From Chiloscyllium plagiosum (lineage: Eukaryota): DNA of 64,000 bases. The position numbers and the translations under genes are program-made. The stretch lies in contig NC_057718.1 in assembly GCF_004010195.1 (NCBI RefSeq), positions 89,755,497-89,819,496 of the forward strand, given 5' to 3'. Shown here piece after piece: positions 1-12,400 of the stretch. The notes beneath the pieces were generated by a model. That model searched no databases, was not told where the DNA came from, and was given only the letters and a program-made list of their open reading frames with translations. Each line of letters begins with the position of its first letter. The stretch's first letter is position 1.

Positions 1-39
1 TCACCACCAGAAAGATAATGAACTCTATGGTTAACCTTG

Positions 40-720
40 TAGTGTGTGCAAGGCTCACCACATTATAAAGTGAATGGGCAAACCTGTGGCAGATCAATGT
101 TAGTAAGAGTGAGGTTATCTATTTGGACCAATAAAGAATAGACCAGGATACTTTGGAGACGTTATGAAGTTAAATACAGTGGATGTGTGAAGAGACTTGG
201 AGGTTCAGGTGCATAGATCTTTAAAATGTCACATGCAGGAGCAGAAAACAATCAAGAAATCTAATGGGATGCTGCCCTTTATGTCTAGAGGTATGGAATA
301 TATGGACACAGAAGTCAGAGTGCAGTGATACAAAACACTGGTTCAGCCCCACTTGGAATACTGTGAGCACATCTGGGCACCACACGTAAGGAAGGATGTA
401 TTGGCCTTGGAGGGAGTACAATGCAGGTTTATAAGAATGATACCTGGACTTCAGGGGTTCAGTTATGGGGACAGATTGCATAAATTAGGCCTGTTTTCTA
501 TAGAATTTAGAAGGTTAAAGGATGAGCTGATTAAAGTCTTCAAGATATTAACAGGAAAAGATAGGCTAGATAAAGGTAATGATTGGGGATTCCAAAACTA
601 GGGGACATAGTCTAAGAATTAGGGCCAAACTGTTCAGAAGAGATATTGGGAAGCATTTCTGCACATAAAGAATGGTAGAGGTTTGGAATTCTCTTCCACA
701 AATGGCGTTGGTTGTTGGAT
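40..720 (+). mobile_element. CR1 LINE 3' fragment (degraded ORF2 C-terminus)
   Basis: LEYC--W-P...LEGVQ-RF-RMIPGL...RRL-D-LI-VFKI motifs; continues at about 935-1150 after an insertion. Confidence 0.85.
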
Positions 721-723
721 TAG

Positions 724-930
724 TTAAAAATCACACAACACCAGGTTATAGTCCAACAGGTTTATTTGGAAGCACTAGCTTTCAGAGCACTGCTCCTTCA
801 TCAGGTGGTTGTAGGAGTAGTGCTCCGAAAGCTAGTGGTTCCAATTAAATGCGTTGGACTATAACCTGGTGTTGTGTGATTTTTAACTTTGTAGACCCCA
901 GTCCAACACCGGTGACTCTAAATCATGACT
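724..930. mobile_element. Short palindromic Penelope-related (MER6-like) element with hammerhead core
   Basis: Inverted arms TTAAAAATCACACAACACCAGGTTATAGTCCAAC (724-757) and its reverse complement (853-886). Second copy at 46583-46765. Confidence 0.7.
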
Positions 931-1879
931 ACCGTTGAATTAGTTGTTAACTTGATGTCTGAGATGTTTGATAAGCAAAGGAATTAAAGGTTATAGGCCA
1001 AATGCAGGTGTACGGAGTTAGGCCACAGATCATATCAGACCAGAATCCCTCACTGTGTAGGGGACCGTCACCCATGATTTGAATGTTGGAACAGGCTCGG
1101 GAGGCTGATGGCCTATGCCTGTTGCTAACTCCCCATGTTCCTATAATAAAGATTCTGTCCAGCAGCAGTTGGCTGATTGGTCTGTACCTGTTGTGAATAC
1201 TGGAAGTCATCACTTGACAACAACTCTCTGATTGGTTCCTGGGCAGCTGAAGAGTTTGGTAGTTTACGATATAAGGTCAGAAGCTCCAGACGGTTGAAAA
1301 CTAGGTTCTGCGTTTCTATCTCTCTGCAGTGAAAGTACTAAAACCTTAAGAAAGTAAGTTATCTTCTGTCAATAGTTCCTATAAGCTGTTGTCTTTAAGC
1401 AGTAACTCAAAGACTTTACAATCAGTGTACCAACTGCCCTCACCTCCTGCTAACAAAGTGAAAAGATCCAGAAAGCAGAAAGGAGAAGAAAAGTTCTCAG
1501 GAACTAAAGGAACATCTCATCAAATTCTGTGGACTGGTGCTATTGAACTGTGTTTCCCCAGCGTGTTTCCCTCCAGCAGTAATACCAACTTTTTTGATGG
1601 GCTGTGTAAATTTAATATATGCATGTAAGAGTTTTAATAACGCATTAAGAGTTTCATCCATTGGAGTTATATGTTGGTAATTCATAGTTTTGCTGACTAT
1701 TATTTATTTATATTTTTTCTTATTCGGTATAGGAAACTGATCAGTGTTTTCTGTTAACCTGAATCCTTCAGAAAGGTAAATTGGAGGACTATAGTACATT
1801 AACTAAATCACTTTCTCTTGTGATGAGCCAAGGAATAGTGGAGCTCAAGACTCGGTGCATTTTTCCAAGTGGGACAAGC

Positions 1880-2450
1880 TAGAGTCGTGGAGTTGTACAG
1901 TATGGAAACAGACCCTTCTATCCAACTTATCCATGCTGACCAGATATCCTAAATTAATCTAGTCACATTTGCCAGTATTTGGCCCATATTCCTCTAAACC
2001 TGTCCAATTCACATACCCATCCAGATACCTTTTAAATGTTGGAATTGCACCAGCCTCCATCATTTCCTCTGGCAGCTCATTCCACACACGCACCTGTGTG
2101 TGAAAAAGTTGCCCCTTTGGTCCCTTTAATATCTTCCCCTCTCACCTCAAACCGATGCCCTCTATTTTTGGACTCCCCTACCCTGAGAAAAGACCTTGGC
2201 TATTCGGTCTATCTAAGCCCCTCATGATTTTATAAACTTCTATGAGGTCACCCCTCACGCTCCGATGCTCCAGGGAAAACAGCCACAGCCTCTCCCTGTA
2301 CTTCAAACCCTCCAACCCCAGCAACATCCTTGTAAACCTTTCAAGTTTCACAACATCCTTCCTGTAGCAGGGAGACGCAATATTCCCAAAGTGGCTTAAC
2401 CAATGTCCTGTACAGCCGCAACGTGACTTCCCAACTCCTGTACTCAAGTC
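1880..2450 (-). mobile_element. CR1 LINE 3' fragment
   Basis: YRKDVVKLER...RGDLIEVYKIMRG peptide and CR1 3' tail. Confidence 0.9.
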
Positions 2451-2719
2451 TTGCTGAATCTCCTGTGTGTCTGTGGGCCCTGCTCTCAAATGAACCACCG
2501 ACCTCATGAACTTCTGTTTCTGTACATCCCACTAGAGAGCCAAAAGAAAGTCTGCCTCTTGACCTGCGTGTCCCCAAGCGGTCACAGAATCTCCACTGTG
2601 CGGTTTTATGACACGTGCATAAGGTTTGCCTGCAATCCCATTTAAGTGCAACTCCCAAATCCAAACATCATTTAAAAACTTGCAGCGTCACAATTTTCCA
2701 TTATGTTCTTTGATCAGTG

Positions 2720-3500
2720 TTTACTTCTGTAAGTGATCTTGTTTCAGAAGGATTAATGTGGGGGAATATAATGAATCACAAGGGTCAGAAAATGTCAGTG
2801 GGAGAAGTTTATAAGCTCCCTGACAAGAACTGCACTGTTGGACAGACTATTAAATAAGAATTAAAAGCAGCTTTTAACAAAGGCAATGCAGTAATCATGT
2901 GAGACTTTAATCTTCCTGTGGACTGGTCAAATCTAATTGACAAAGGTAATCTGGAGGACATGTTTTCAGAATCCACACCACACTTTCTAGAACAATACAC
3001 TGCAGAAGCAGCCAGTGAGCAGGCTACTTGTGTTGTGAAAAAGGGTAAATTTGTATTCTATTGATAAGAGGACCTCTGGGAAACAGCAATCATAACATGT
3101 TAGAATGTCACATTGAGTTTGGGAGTATTGTATGTATGCCTGAAAACAGGGTCTTCAACTTCAGTATTACCAACTACATGGGTATCAGAGGTGAGTTGCC
3201 TAAAATAGATTAAGAAATTAGATGAGAAGTGACAAATTGTAAACCTTTTAAAAAGCCATAACCTACACTTCACTGAGAAAGAGGTTGTGAATTATATTAC
3301 CAAGGGAAGCCATAAGCCTGAGGATTGAAAGAGTTTCAAATACCCTCCATGTGTGACAGAGATCGATAAAGACCGAGTAAATCGAATTTGAGGGTAAACT
3401 CAGCGTAAAGGAAAACAGAGTATAACAGTTTGGACAATTATGGAAAAAGGAGACGAGCAAAAATAAATCGAGATTCGTTAGACATTGATGATAGAGAAAT
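2720..3500 (+). mobile_element. Old degraded CR1 ORF2 endonuclease-region fragment
   Basis: Remnants of VIMGDFN-P and L-SDHN motifs (gtaatcatgtgagactttaatcttcct; ctgggaaacagcaatcataac). Confidence 0.55.
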
Positions 3501-4259
3501 TATATTACAGAATAAAGAAATTCAGAGTCCTTAAACAGCCACAGTCCAAAGATGTACATGTTACGTAGATTGCCCTTGCTAAATTGCCCATAGTGTCCAG
3601 GGATATGCAGGTTATAGTGATAGGGTGGCGGGATGGGTCTGGGTGGGATGCTCTTCGGAGTGTCTGTGTGGACTCGATGGGCCAAATGGTCTGTTTCCAT
3701 ACTGTAGGGATTCTACGATTCTATGAAATAAGGTGTGCAGGACATTATGGCCTTCACCTCTGGAGCAACAGGGGGTTAATTCCTGTCTTGTGAATGCAAA
3801 TTCCTGACTGACTAACTTTCCAGTCGCTAAGTCAAAGAGCATAGCAATTAACAATCCAGTTCTGGGAGAATGGTCAGGATAAAAACAGCAATCTCCACTT
3901 AAAGGGACCTGGCAGCTCTCACAGTGACAGCACCACACTGTGTGATTCACTTCATGTGAAAAAAGACTTGCATTTGTATAGCACTTTCCACAAACGCTGG
4001 ACACCTCTAAATAGTTTACTGCCAATTAGGTACTTTTTTAAAAATAAATGTAGTCATTGTTATACTGGAGGAAATGCAACAGCTAATGTTAGAGTTGGAT
4101 AGGTTTCTATGAGACTCCTTTTGAGAATACTTAATGCAGAAGTGTTTGCATCAGCAGTAAAGTGTGAGAGAACTCCTGAGGATTTGAAAGGTGCCATATA
4201 AATGCAAGTTCTTTCCTACTCGCAGAAACCTACTAGGGTTTGGGAATCTTCTCACCTAA

Positions 4260-4592
4260 AGTGGTTAGCACTGCTACCTCGCAGCGCTAGGGACCCAGGT
4301 TTGATTCCAGCCTCAGGCGACTGTCTGTCTGGAGTTTGCATGTTCTCCCTGTGTCTGCGTGGGTTTCCTCCGGGCGCTCCGGTTTCCTCCCACAATGCAA
4401 AGATGTGCAGGTCAGGTGAATTGGCCATGCTAAACTGTTCATAGTGTTCAGGGATGTGTAGGTTAGGTGCATTAGTCAGAGGTAAATGTAGAGTAATAGA
4501 ATAGGGGAATGGATCTGGATGGGTTACTCTTCAGAGGGTCAGTGTGGACTTGTTGGGCTGAATCGCCTGTTTCCAGACTGTAGGGATTCTCT
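4260..4592 (+). mobile_element. HE1-type V-SINE
   Basis: tRNA-like head (gtggttagcactgctacctc...ggtttgattcc), V-domain (gtgggtttcctccggg), CR1-like tail. Confidence 0.85.
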
Positions 4593-5239
4593 GTAGGTAT
4601 CATTCTAACTCCAGATAAGCTGTGAAGTTAAATTGCTAATGGCCTTCCAGCTCTCTGAGTTGATGTATTCAGCTGTAGCCAAAGAACAGTGCCCAGTATT
4701 GGTGTGCGCTTCTTGGTAGCTTGGTTCGAAGACAGACTTGAGAGTTGTGCTTTAACATCTGACATGGAAGCTCAGAGTTCCATGCTGTGTCAAAAGGGCA
4801 GGGAGCCTGGTCTGTACTCAGCCTGCACACAAACAGCCTCTTCTGAGCCTTTCCTGCAGAGACCAGCAGGCTTCTGCCCCAGCTGGCTGCTACCAATTTC
4901 ATTTCCGGCTCGCCGTTTCCCTTTCCTCAGCCGTGCCTTTTTTTGGAGAGGTGCAGCCCCCGGATTGCGAGGCAGCTCAGCGCCAGAACCTCGAATCTTT
5001 TACAAAAGGCCAGGAAGGCTGTTGTCCGCATCCCTTCCAGAATGACACCCCAAAACCGTGTCACCCACTCAGTGCAGCTGCAAATCCCAACCAAACTGAG
5101 GGGGTGAAAGGAAATGCAAGGTTGACAACACCATTCTGCCCTTACATAGCAACACCCGGCCCTTTGATAGCCTCTGTCAGCTGTTACACATCTTCCCTTC
5201 AGGGAAGGATAGTCTGACGCCTTGCATATGAGACTGGCA

Positions 5240-5408
5240 TCGAGAGTGTGGTGCTGGTAAAGCACAGCAGGTCATGCAGGAATCCTGAAGGGCTTTTGCC
5301 CGAAACGTCAATTTTCATGCTCCTCGGATGCTGCCCGACCTGCTGTGCTTTTCCGGCAACACTCTCTCGACTCTAATGTCCAGCATCTGCGGTCCTCACT
5401 TTCGCAAT
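5240..5408 (+). mobile_element. Penelope pLTR-derived short insertion with 13-bp TSD
   Basis: TATGAGACTGGCA duplicated at 5227-5239 and 5409-5421; internal inverted arms; partial hammerhead core. Confidence 0.75.
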
Positions 5409-5529
5409 TATGAGACTGGCACAGACAGCAGCCCATTAGCCGTACATGTACATGAACAACGTCCGAACAGGTGCCATCACCTCGTCTGCTCTCAGCAGCA
5501 GAGAACTAGCACAGAAACCACTTCCAATA

Positions 5530-5940
5530 GGCAGAGCGAACACTCTCACCTCTGAGTCAGATGGACGTGGTTTGAAAGTTCTGCTCCAGAGACGTGAAGC
5601 AGTCTGACACTCCCAGTGCAGGACTGGGGGAGTGCTGCACTGTCAGAGCTGCCTGTCTTTCAGCTGAGGTGTTTGTCTGAAGCCTCTGTCTGCAACAGTA
5701 AAATATCACACGGCACTATCTCAGAGAACAGCAGGAATGCTATCCCAGTAACCTGGCCAACGTTTATCCCTTCAACTGACATCACTCATGGCAGATTATA
5801 TATGGCCATTTTTACATTCTGTGGGAGGTTGCTGTGCACAAAATGGTGGCCACGTTTTCGTAGACAACAACAGGCTTCACAGGTGGCTGTGAAGTACTTC
5901 AGGACATGCCCAGAAAATTAAAGGTGCTATACAAATGGAA
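5530..5940 (+). mobile_element. Deu-domain SINE (SacSINE1/AmnSINE-like)
   Basis: Deu-domain-like ctgacactcccagtgcag...gagtgctgcactgtcagag...tctttcag. Related copies near 10210-10550, 32270-32500 and 32520-32870 (minus). Confidence 0.65.
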
Positions 5941-5951
5941 TTTGTTTTCTA

Positions 5952-6275
5952 TGGTGGCTCAGTGGTTAGCACTGCTGCCTCACAGCACCAGGGACCCAAG
6001 TTCGATTCCAGCCTCAGGCCACTGTCTGTGTGGAGTTTGCACATTCTCCCCGTGTCTGCATGGGTTTCCTCCGGGTGCTCCGGTTTCCTCCCACAATCCA
6101 GAGATGTGCAGGTCAGGTGAATTGGCCATGCTAAATTGGCCGTCGTGTTAGGTGCATTAGTCAGAGGCTAACATAGAATAGGGGAATGGGTCTGGGTAGG
6201 TTACTCTTCGGAGGGTGGGTATGAGCTTGTTGGGCCGAAGGGCCTGTTTCCATACTGTAGGGAATCTACTCTAAT
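5952..6275 (+). mobile_element. HE1-type V-SINE, full length
   Basis: A/B-box head, V-domain and tail as in the other copies. Confidence 0.88.
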
Positions 6276-6599
6276 CCATCAAGCATCTATGTTGACAGGG
6301 AGCACAGGTGGGAGATGGGCTGGAATACAATTGATTCTCTCACACACACTCATCCACATAGGGTGCACTAAATTCACCCAGACACATCAGTAAAATGCAT
6401 TCTTTGAGTGTGTTCCTAGCATTAGCAAGAAATTGGCCTCCGATAGTTAATAGCCAAATGGGATGGTCAGTGGAAGTGTGCACAAGGGAGGCAATGACCT
6501 GGTGGCATTGTCACGGGACCAGTAATCCAGAAATCTCTGGGAATCTAGGATCATAACACTACCATGGAAGAATTGTGGAATGTGGATTCCATTAAGAAA

Positions 6600-6906
6600 G
6601 AATCATAGAGATAGACTCCCTACAGCTCGAAAGCAGGCCATTCAGCCCCTGCAAACAGCATCCCCTTTAGCCTATCCCTGTAATCCTGCATTTCCCATGG
6701 CAGCTAGCCCACCTAAGCTGCTTATCCCTGAACACTACGGGCAACCAGCATGGCCAATCCACCTAACCTGCATATTTTTGGATTGTGGGAGGAAATTGGA
6801 GTACCCAGCGGAAACCCACGCAGACACACAAATTCAACACAGACAGTCACCCGAGGCTGGAATTGAACCCATGTCCCTGACAGTGTGAAGCAGAAGTGCT
6901 AACCAC
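6600..6906 (-). mobile_element. HE1-type V-SINE nested in a second SINE family (6490-7085)
   Basis: Reverse-complement HE1 sequence interrupts a copy of the 7585-7907 SINE family. Confidence 0.75.
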
Positions 6907-7584
6907 TGGGAACTGGGCAGATCTGGAACTAAGTGTCTACTGATGACTATGAATTGATGACTATGAATTGAGAAATCCTTTTCTCATCTCCATGTGACTC
7001 CAGACCCACAGCAATGTGGTTGACTCCTAACTGCCCTCTTGGGGTGGGCAATGAATGCTGGTCTGGCCAGTCACATCACATGACTAAAAGGAAAAGGCAG
7101 GAGAAAACAACTTATTGTGGAGCAATCTGTTTGAAAACACTCACTTGGCCATTCCTTTTTGGAGTTTTCGTGAAGTAAATGTCCCATTCCCTGCTTCTAA
7201 TGGGCTTTAAGGATTGACACAGTCATTGAGTCATCCTGTAAGCCCATTAATTGGCTCATCATCCAGTAAATTCTGGTGTGCCGGGGCATGGGATTAACTA
7301 AGTGATGGCTCTAGAGAGCCGCAGTTCATGACGGACAAGAATCTGAATCAAAGCCATTTCCTTAAGGTGGGAGGGGAGGTTCCCTTAGTTTCCCAGTCCC
7401 CCTCACACAATCCTGCTGGAGACAGCCCCCAACTGCCCCACAGCAGCAGCAGCAGCAGGTATGTAAATACACTCGATAACATCCCAAAGAAAAATGGGTG
7501 ACGCCAATGGGATCTTTGGGATTGACTATGGAGGTGCAAAGGCCTTGTGAGAACGGAGCTAGCCAGTTCCATCTGAAGTGGAGG

Positions 7585-7907
7585 CAGTGGCCTAGTAGTA
7601 CTATTGCTGGACTGTTAATCCAGAGACCCAGTTAATGTTCCAGCAGATGGTGGAATTTGAATTCAATCAAAGGAAAATCTGGAATTAAGAGTCTAATAAT
7701 GACCATGAATCCACTGTCAATTGTTGGAAAAACCCAAATGTCATTTAGGGAAGGAAACTGCCATCCTTACCTGGTCGGGCCTACATGTGACTCCAGACCC
7801 ACAGCAATGTGATTGGCTCTTAACTGCCCTCTGGGTAATTAGGGATGGGCACTAAAACATGGCCTAGCCAGCGACGCCCTCGTCCCATGTACGAATAAAG
7901 AAAAAAA
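7585..7907 (+). mobile_element. tRNA-derived SINE (second family) sharing its 3' tail with the LINE at 13180-15480
   Basis: Head gtggcctagtag...; tail gggcactaaaacatggcctagccagcgacgccc...aataaagaaaaaaa. Other copies at 17862-18190 and 13030-13160. Confidence 0.7.
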
Positions 7908-7925
7908 CCCCATCCTCATAAAGGG

Positions 7926-8902
7926 CCAAGGACAAGAGGCCAATTATCATAAATTTAGCTAATTTTCCTTCCAACATACCCATACAGGGCCATGCCTATA
8001 GCTAAAAGTAACATTTACAATCCAGCAAAGGTAACAGATGTCTATGGCCGCAGGACATCCTTTAGCAGTCTTCCCCACCCCTCACCCCCACACTGAGAGT
8101 CTGCTATCACGGTGGCTTTTTTATTAAGATTTTGTAACTCCGGGTTCCCAATCTTGCATTGAACCCAAAGAGGAATGCCAATGTTCCTGACAGAATCCAG
8201 CACTGTACACTGATCACCGCGTAGCCTTCGGGCTCTGTCACTGTCTATCTGAGACAATCCCTTGCAAAGCTCATTCACTGTCGTGGTCATGAATTGAGGG
8301 GGAAGGGGATTCTCTAGAACATCTTCAAGTGGACAGTGGCATTGTTTTCGAAACCGGTGCCCACCATGTGTGTCCGCATTCTGGATTTGGGTGCCGAAAG
8401 GGTCCTAAGATGAGCCTGGGGACCTTAAATATGGGCTGGTGTCGATGCTATTGTGCTCTGTAAAGAACAGCCTGGGCACAGCATTGAGAGGACAGGATCA
8501 CACAGTTGTAACAGTCACTGCCCAGCTTTCAATCTATTTCAATGGATGGGTTTAACATTGAACAGACTCCCATGTTGTTTGCCTGTCTAACTACCGACAT
8601 AATTAAAGGTCTGCTCAGATGATCTGTCACACTGTACTTTATAGCAGTCACAGTTTTAAATCTGTGTGTCGGGTTTAAGTTCTGAATGTCACACGTTAAA
8701 TTTGCCCTGTCATCCATGCCTAATTGGTTTAAATAGCCAGGCTTTGTTTAGTAATCCATTTAGATTTGCTCAAGTATCCCACTGCTCCCACCACAGACCA
8801 AGGACAAGAGGCCAATTATCATAAATTTAGCTAATTTTCCTTCTAACATACCCATACAGGGCCATGCCTATAGCTAAAAGTAACATTTACAATCCAGCAA
8901 AG
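7926..8902 (-). pseudogene. Decayed putative viral envelope/fusion glycoprotein fragment flanked by 105-bp direct repeats
   Basis: Direct repeats at 7926-8030 and 8798-8902 (1 mismatch). Minus-strand read-through gives Cys-containing segments ending GWGRLLKDVLRP*TSVTFAGL*MLLLAIGMALYGYVGRKIS*, which resembles a TM helix plus basic tail. Confidence 0.35.
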
Positions 8903-9284
8903 ATTTGACTCACAGCTATTAGGAAGAAAGATAGGAGGTGGTCCTATTGAAATATATATGGTCTTGACAGGGTTGCCTAGGGTGGATGATCAGATGATGT
9001 TACAGCAAACATTTTTATTAACCGGCACCTATAAGACCAGCAGTGTGCCCGTTGATCTAATATTCCAGATAATCAAAAGGTTTGCCAAATTGCAATAAAC
9101 TCTGATCAAGCGAAGCTTCGAGACATCAACATCCCTCAAAATATCTACATAAAAATATTAACACAGTCCCTAAAATCAGTGTAAAAACACACAATAAGCA
9201 ATAGAGACGTAATGGAAGGAGCATCATTATTATACTTTAGTTACAGCATATTCAGATATCACGATAGGTCTCGGTACTGAATGT

Positions 9285-9760
9285 CAAGGTTAGAGCAGTG
9301 CTGGGAAAGGACAGCAGGTCAGGCAGCATCCGAGGAGCAGGAAAATCGACGTTTCAGGCAAAAGCCCTTCATCAGGAATTCATCAGGAATCAGGGAGAGA
9401 TTTGAAAACTGGTGAAGACGATGTGGATGCCGTGTGGTTGGCGGATCCCGAGGCAGAATATGAGGCGTTCTTCCTCCAGTTGACGGGCGGCTTGGATTTG
9501 GCATTGGACGACGCCGAGGACTTGCATGACCTTGGGGGAGTGGGAGGGGGAAACATGTACTAAATAACCCCACCACCCTGTGGCCGAGGGCGGTGGGGTT
9601 GTTTGGTGCATGTTTCCTAGAGATGTTCCCTGATGAAGGGTTTATGCCTGAAACATCAATTCTCCTGCTCCTTGGATGCTGCCTGACCTGCTGTGCTTTC
9701 CCAGCGCCACACTTTTCAACTCTGACTCTCCAGCATCTGCAGTCCTCACTTTCTCCCTAT
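9285..9760. mobile_element. Penelope-like element fragment (GIY-YIG C-terminus between inverted pLTR pieces)
   Basis: Minus-strand peptide QAARQLEEERLIFCLG...PHGI. pLTR pieces in opposite orientations at 9285-9380 and 9628-9760, each with CTGATGA...GAAA. Confidence 0.8.
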
Positions 9761-11184
9761 ATCTCCACAGAAGCTGCCAGACCTGCTGCGTTTCTCCCTC
9801 AATTTCTATTCTTTGTTTCGTATTTCCAGCAGTTCTTTGTTTTATTTTATAATGGGGAGGATTTTTGTTCCCTCGGAGAGTTGTTACGAGTGTGGCAATT
9901 CTTCTCCCCAGAAGGTAGTGGAGGTTGGCTCTTTAAATTTAGTCAAGGCTGAGTGATAGATTGTTTACGGACATGGGAGGAGGATGTCAAAGGTCACAGG
10001 GTACCGACAGAAAAGAGGTGAGAACACAATCAGATCAACCATGCCCTTATTGAACGGTGAGGGCCACTCAAAGGGCAAAATGGCTGACTTCTGTTTCTAC
10101 ATCCTCGATACCATTTCATGGATTTGAACCCAATCCCAGTCCTTCTGTGACTCTGCTGATTCAGTTGGTAAACGTATCCTCACAATGGAAGGAAAGCTTC
10201 AGTATCAGCATTGGCTCAGCGGGGAATACACTTATTTGTGAGTCAACTCCATGGGCATGGACATTCCGTCTTGGCTGCTGTGCCCAAGCAGTACTGAGGG
10301 AGTGCCTCATTATCACAGGTGGCTTTCAACTGAAATACTGAAATAGAGAATGCACTGACTGGTGAAATTGATGTGTAAGGTACAATACTGCAATCTACTG
10401 AAGGGCAGGAAGTTCTCCATTCATGCAACCAAAGCCGCGCCCTCAATCTCAATCTATATCCCCAGGAACTGATTTACATTGTTACTTGTTGGAACCTACT
10501 GTGTATAAACTGGCTGTTTTACTTCCCCCATCACTTAAGTGATCTCTACTGTGAAATGTCTAATTTCATGTGTCATTTGTTATCAGAATATAAATTTAAT
10601 TTTGGCTATTGCAATTTTTAAATGGAAGCCACTGGGTTGAGATGCGGATAACCTAAAAGAAGTTCAATTTCTGGTCCATTTAAAGATGTCAGAGGTGGAA
10701 GTGTCAAAGTTGCTAACTTTGAGCTTGTTCTCTCTATCTTAGAGATAGGATGTCTATAGCTATCTCCATAAGAAGTTTAAATTATTTGTTAGCCTTTGAA
10801 TCAAAGGCATGTTTTAAGATAAGACAATTGGTTTGGATCTCTATCTATAACATCCAAGCTTTGCCAAGTTTCTATTGCAATAGGTTATGCAGGGAGAAGG
10901 CCTTTTGTTTTGGATTTATCTCTCTGAATGTTTTCACAGAGGCAGGCAATTGGCACCAGGGAGCTGAAAGAGAGAAAGCTGCCATAAGGTGACCAGGAGC
11001 AGAGAGCTTTCAGATACCAGGATTTTTGTTCTGGTTTAAGGGCACTAACCAAGAGTGCAGTGAGACTCCTGCTTGATGGATGTCCATGATGGTGAGGTGC
11101 TAGAAGGACAGCTTAGCTGGATGTCAGTGGAAGGACCTCAAGAAATTTCATTCCTTAGAGAAGAGCAGGGATGCATATTTTATT

Positions 11185-11478
11185 AGATTACTTACAGTGT
11201 GGAAACAGGCCCTTCGGCCCAACAAGTCCACACCGACCCGCCGAAGCGCAACCCACCCAGACCCAGTCCCCTACATTTCACCCAACACTAGGGGCAATTT
11301 AGCATGGCCAATTCACCTAACCCGCACATTTTTGGACTGTGGGAGGAAACCGGAGCAGACCCACGCAGACACGGTAAGAATATGCAAACTCCGCACAGAT
11401 GGTTGCCCGAGGCAGGTATTGAACCTGGGTCTCTGGCGCTGTGAGGCAACAGTGCTAACCACTGTGCCACCATGCCGC
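11185..11478 (-). mobile_element. HE1-type V-SINE
   Basis: Reverse complement of the HE1 head, V-domain and tail. Confidence 0.85.
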
Positions 11479-12074
11479 CAATGCTGTGGAAAATCAAAGT
11501 GAATTCCTGAGAGCTGTGGCATACCCTTGGTTTGGTCCCAGAAGAATAAAGAAACTTTCAAGATCCCATAGATTATAACTGAATTCCTGGATGGGAACAA
11601 TAGAATGGGGAGGTGGGGTGTTAATTAGAGAAATGTGCCACAGACTTCAATTGCAGTTTGTTCATTATCTCAGGACATACCCAGTCACTTTGAGAAGGCT
11701 GCAGTGCACCTTTTCACCTGGACAAAACTGATTCATAAGGCAGGGTGGGAGCTCGAGAACTTTTAGACCGGCGCAAATCCTAGCCCCAATGTTGCCAAGT
11801 CTTCATCCTTAGTGTACAGATCCTAATACTCACAAGGCCACCTCGTGGCAACCAGGTCAATGTTTCTGAATAACAAATACATCAAATTCATTGCACCCTT
11901 TTTTATCTGCTTGCTCACTAACTCCTTTCAGTCAGTCGACCAGAAATCTGCTGTTTATAAATCTCACTGAAACTCTCCAGTTGGACTTCTAAGCAGTAGG
12001 TTATTCTGAAACTGTGGGATTCTGTGCGGTGATGTTGCTTTTACAATGGTGGCTGCTCAAAGATGATCTACTTT

Positions 12075-12400
12075 TTTTTATTCCTTTGTGGGACTTGAGC
12101 TTCACTGGCTGGGCCCAGCATTTATTGCCCATCCCTAGTTGCCCCTTGAGAAGGTGGTGGTGAGCTGCCTTCTTGAACTGCTGCAGTCCACCTGCTGTGG
12201 GTTGACCCACAACGCCGTTGGGGAAGGAATTCCAGGATTTTGATCCAATGACTGTGAAGGAATGGCGGTATATTTCCAAGTCAGGGTGGTGAGTGGCTTG
12301 GAGGGGTACTTGCAGGTGGAGGTGTTCCCAAGTACCTACTGCCCTTGTCCTTCTAGATGGAAGTGGTCGTGGGTTTGGAAGGTGCTGTCTAAGGATCTGA
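12075..12400 (-). mobile_element. 3' end of the LINE family at 13180-15480
   Basis: SKSWNSFPN...QFKKAAHHHLLKG peptide and poly(A) tail. Confidence 0.8.

Noticed and set aside
2450..2560. Minus-strand acceptor-like site followed by DVQKQKFMRSVVHL, faintly like nesprin VQKRTFTKWINSHL
   Set aside because: Wrong phase for joining the 67-nt exon, lacks the conserved Trp/Asn, and runs into a CR1.
5952..6020. tRNA genes
   Set aside because: All tRNA-like heads continue into SINE bodies; no stand-alone tRNA was seen.
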